A stretch of 64,000 nt of DNA from Octopus sinensis (taxonomy: Eukaryota). The first letter of the stretch is position 1. Each line of letters opens with the position of its first letter. The translations under genes and the position numbers were made by a program. The stretch lies in NCBI RefSeq assembly GCF_006345805.1, contig NC_043009.1, forward strand, positions 9,114,001 through 9,178,000. The letters run 5' to 3'. Shown here in pieces: positions 61,216 to 64,000 of the stretch. The notes beneath the pieces were generated by a model. That model did no database searches and was not told the origin of the DNA. It worked only from the letters and a program-made list of their open reading frames with translations.

Positions 61216-61780
61216 TTGGGTTGTCCGGAAAGTTCATGCCGATTTATAGTAGTTTACTTTCCAACTTATTTTAGAACAGGATTGAGTCCATAAAATAGGA
61301 TTTGACTACACCTCCATTTAGAGCACAGTTTACGCTATCTTTTCGTGGAAGACGGTTTATGTTCCTATAACCTGTGTTAATTCTGTAACCCTTTAAAATG
61401 GGAGATAAGAAAGTTCATTTTCGGCACTTGATGCTTTGGGAACCAGACAAAAATTGCTGCAGCTCGGCTGGGATGTGTTACCCTACCCTCCATATTCACC
61501 AGATGTTGCTCATCAGATTTCCACTTATTCGGGTCTCTGCAGAATAGTCTTAATGGTAAAAATTTGAATTCCATGGATGACGTAAAAAGATACCCTGATG
61601 AATTCTTTGCCATGAAACTGCCTCAATTCTGGGATGAGGGTATTTTCAAGTTAAAGGAAAGATCGAGACACATTGTGCAACGAAATGGTTCATATTTGGT
61701 TGATTAAAAATGTAATGGCAAGTATTTATTGATCTTTTTCTTTCATTTAAAAATCGACATGAACTTTCCGGACAACCCAA
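61216..61780 (+). mobile_element. Internally deleted mariner element with both TIRs and TA TSD
   Basis: TIRs ttgggttgtccggaaagttcatgccgattt / aaatcgacatgaactttccggacaacccaa flanked by TA. Residual transposase ends HKKVHFRHLMLWE and SDFHLFGSLQNSLNGK. Confidence 0.9.
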
Positions 61781-62109
61781 TATTTATATATTTATACTTA
61801 AAAATTCATCATTTGAAAATCTCTATCTTTTGCTTTCATTCTTTTCACATGTATGCATATATACATATTTTGTATTTCATACCCAAACTAATATATTTAA
61901 CATATTTTATATATATATGATGTATTTAATTTGTTCATCTACTTGATTGCCTCTATACCCGCTCAACTTGATCCTTCTTATAGCCTGTCTTTACCTTGCA
62001 GAACGGCTTCCTGTAAAGACATCAGAGTCAAAGTTTGAATCTTTTGAGCACTACTATCTTCTATATGGAGAATCTCTGGATCTCATCTGTGAACTACATA
62101 TATATATAT

Positions 62110-62365
62110 ATGTGCTGGTGGCATGTAAAAAGCACCATCCGTCTGTGGCCGTCTGCCAGCTCCGTCTGGCACCTGTGCAGGTGGCACGTAAAAAGCACCC
62201 ACTACACTCTCGGAGTGGTTGGTGTTAGGAAGGGCATCCAGCCGTAGAAACACTGCCAGATCAGACTGGGCCTGAAGCAGCCTTCTGGCTTCACAGACCC
62301 CAGTTGAACCGTCCAACCCGTGCTAGCATGGAAAGCTGATGTTAAATGATGATGATGATGATGAT
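62110..62365 (+). mobile_element. RTE 3' UTR copy
   Basis: Two modules and a (GAT)n tail. Confidence 0.8.
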
Positions 62366-62459
62366 ATATATATATATATATATTCAGATGAATATGGTAC
62401 TTAAGTTAAAGGCAGCAGAATTTTGTATGGTATTATCCATATAAATCAAATGGGGTGAT

Positions 62460-62556
62460 TATAATCAAAATAAGCAACAAGGATATCCAAGGTAGAGTAG
62501 TCCAATTGTTTCATGCTACTCTACCTTGGATATCCTTGTTGCTTATTTTGATTATA
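62460..62556. repeat. Perfect 41-bp inverted repeat with 15-nt loop
   Basis: tataatcaaaataagcaacaaggatatccaaggtagagtag and its exact reverse complement. Confidence 0.92.
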
Positions 62557-62995
62557 TATATATATATATATATATTTACACACACATACACACACAGGCG
62601 CATATATATTCTTAGGGAAAGAATTTGATAAAAAAGGAGTTACACTCAATGTGTTGGTTGACCCTTGATCAACTCAGATATGTGCATTTTAGCAACCTAT
62701 GTACTTTTTTTTTTAAAAAAAAAGACCATTATTAATGTATGTGTATATGCAAATTTGTTTAATACATCTGTGCATGTGTGTGTGTGTAATATGCTGAAAA
62801 ACAAAACAAGAGTATCTGTTAGTTAGCTTAAATGATGCGATTACTTTAATAGGAGCGAAAAGCATTAATTGTGATTTAGCTTATTATGATAGATCAATGT
62901 CAGTAAAGTAATTAATTACCTAAGAAATTTATCATAAGTTACCCAGTTGCATTCCAGAAATTATAGTTCAACAATAGATTATTATAATTATTGAG

Positions 62996-63419
62996 AATCG
63001 GAATTGAAATCGGTCAACATCAATGGAAATTGCAGCTGTGATACCAGTGCCGGTGGCACGTAAGAGAACCATCCGAACGTGGCTGTTTCCAGCACTGCCC
63101 TGACTGGCCTCGTGCCGGTGGCACGTAAAAAGCACCATCTGTTCGTGGTTGTTGCCAGCCTCGCCTGGCCCCCGCGCCAGTGGCACGTAAAAAGCACGAG
63201 CCGATCGTGGCCGTTTGCCAGCCTCGTCTGGCACATAAAAAGCACCCACTACACTCACGGAGTGGTTGGCGTTAGGAAGGGCATCCAGCTGTAGAAACAT
63301 TGCCAGATCAGACTGGGCCTGGTGCAGCCTTCTGGCTTCCCAGACCCCAGTTGAACCGTCCAACCCATGCTAGCATGGAAAGTGGACGCTAAACGATGAT
63401 GATGATGATGATGATGATT
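62996..63419 (+). mobile_element. RTE 3' UTR copy
   Basis: Four modules and a (GAT)n tail. Matches 9276-9759. Confidence 0.85.
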
Positions 63420-64000
63420 GTTACTATTAATTTAACTTTTAAAATTATAGTTATGAATATGTAATATCTTTTATATGCATTAGTGCATGCGTGAGGTAAA
63501 GTGTTGAAAGCTACAAAACAATGACGAATCAAAAGCTGCTTACTGATTAGCATATTTGAATATTACATCATCAATATTTGTGCATAATATATCTATTTAT
63601 AGTGAGAATAGATATCAATGATATGAGGAAAACATAAATGTTAACAAATAAAAATAAAAATCAAAAAATTAAAGAATTAAAAATGAATAAAATTAAAACC
63701 CCTATTTGATCAATACATTGTATCTTTAACTTAAATTTATTAATCATCATATAAAATATTAATCGCATATTCCCAAGATACATACTTAGATTGAAGTTTT
63801 AGTAAACCATACATAATAATAATATAGTCACCTGTAAATAAAACTTGTAATCATATTTACCTTTCAGTTTATATTTTGATATTAATATGATATCTAAGAA
63901 TTATTTAATCTAATTAGTTACAGATGTTAGTATATTAATCAGGAGATACTGTCTGACTCAAAGTTCCAGTAATCTTTCTACTATATTTAATTTTATTTTT

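Noticed and set aside
61947-62100. Exon-like segment AERLPVKTSESKFESFEHYYLLYGESLDL
   Set aside because: An acceptor is present, but there is no donor before the microsatellite and no similarity to the expected CYB5RL exon 4.

Overview
AT-rich, microsatellite-dense animal genomic DNA. The repeat content suggests an octopod cephalopod (inference). Only one protein-coding gene can be identified: the 5' half of CYB5RL (NADH-cytochrome b5 reductase-like) on the + strand. Three coding exons (29180-29377, 43146-43279, 47424-47511) splice in frame across introns of 13,768 and 4,144 bp. Exon 4 was not found, so intron 3 is inferred to exceed 16 kb. A few weak, unassigned exon candidates lie in the first 24 kb. 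The rest is mostly transposable elements: several tRNA-headed SINE families, RTE/CR1/L1-like LINE fragments, Tc1/mariner relics, Merlin-like and piggyBac-like MITEs, and a Ty3/Gypsy gag relic, often nested. The most interesting signal is a tRNA-headed (Pol III) short element that carries a minimal Penelope-type hammerhead ribozyme (gacac-CUGAUGA-a-stem II-GAAACGUU-guguu). It occurs at three loci, each time with an inverted duplication at its 5' end, and at one locus the inversion starts at the predicted self-cleavage site. Three further unrelated repeat families carry hammerhead-like cores, and several near-perfect fold-back hairpins lie in the CYB5RL introns. All coordinates and alignments were made by eye; no database searches were run.
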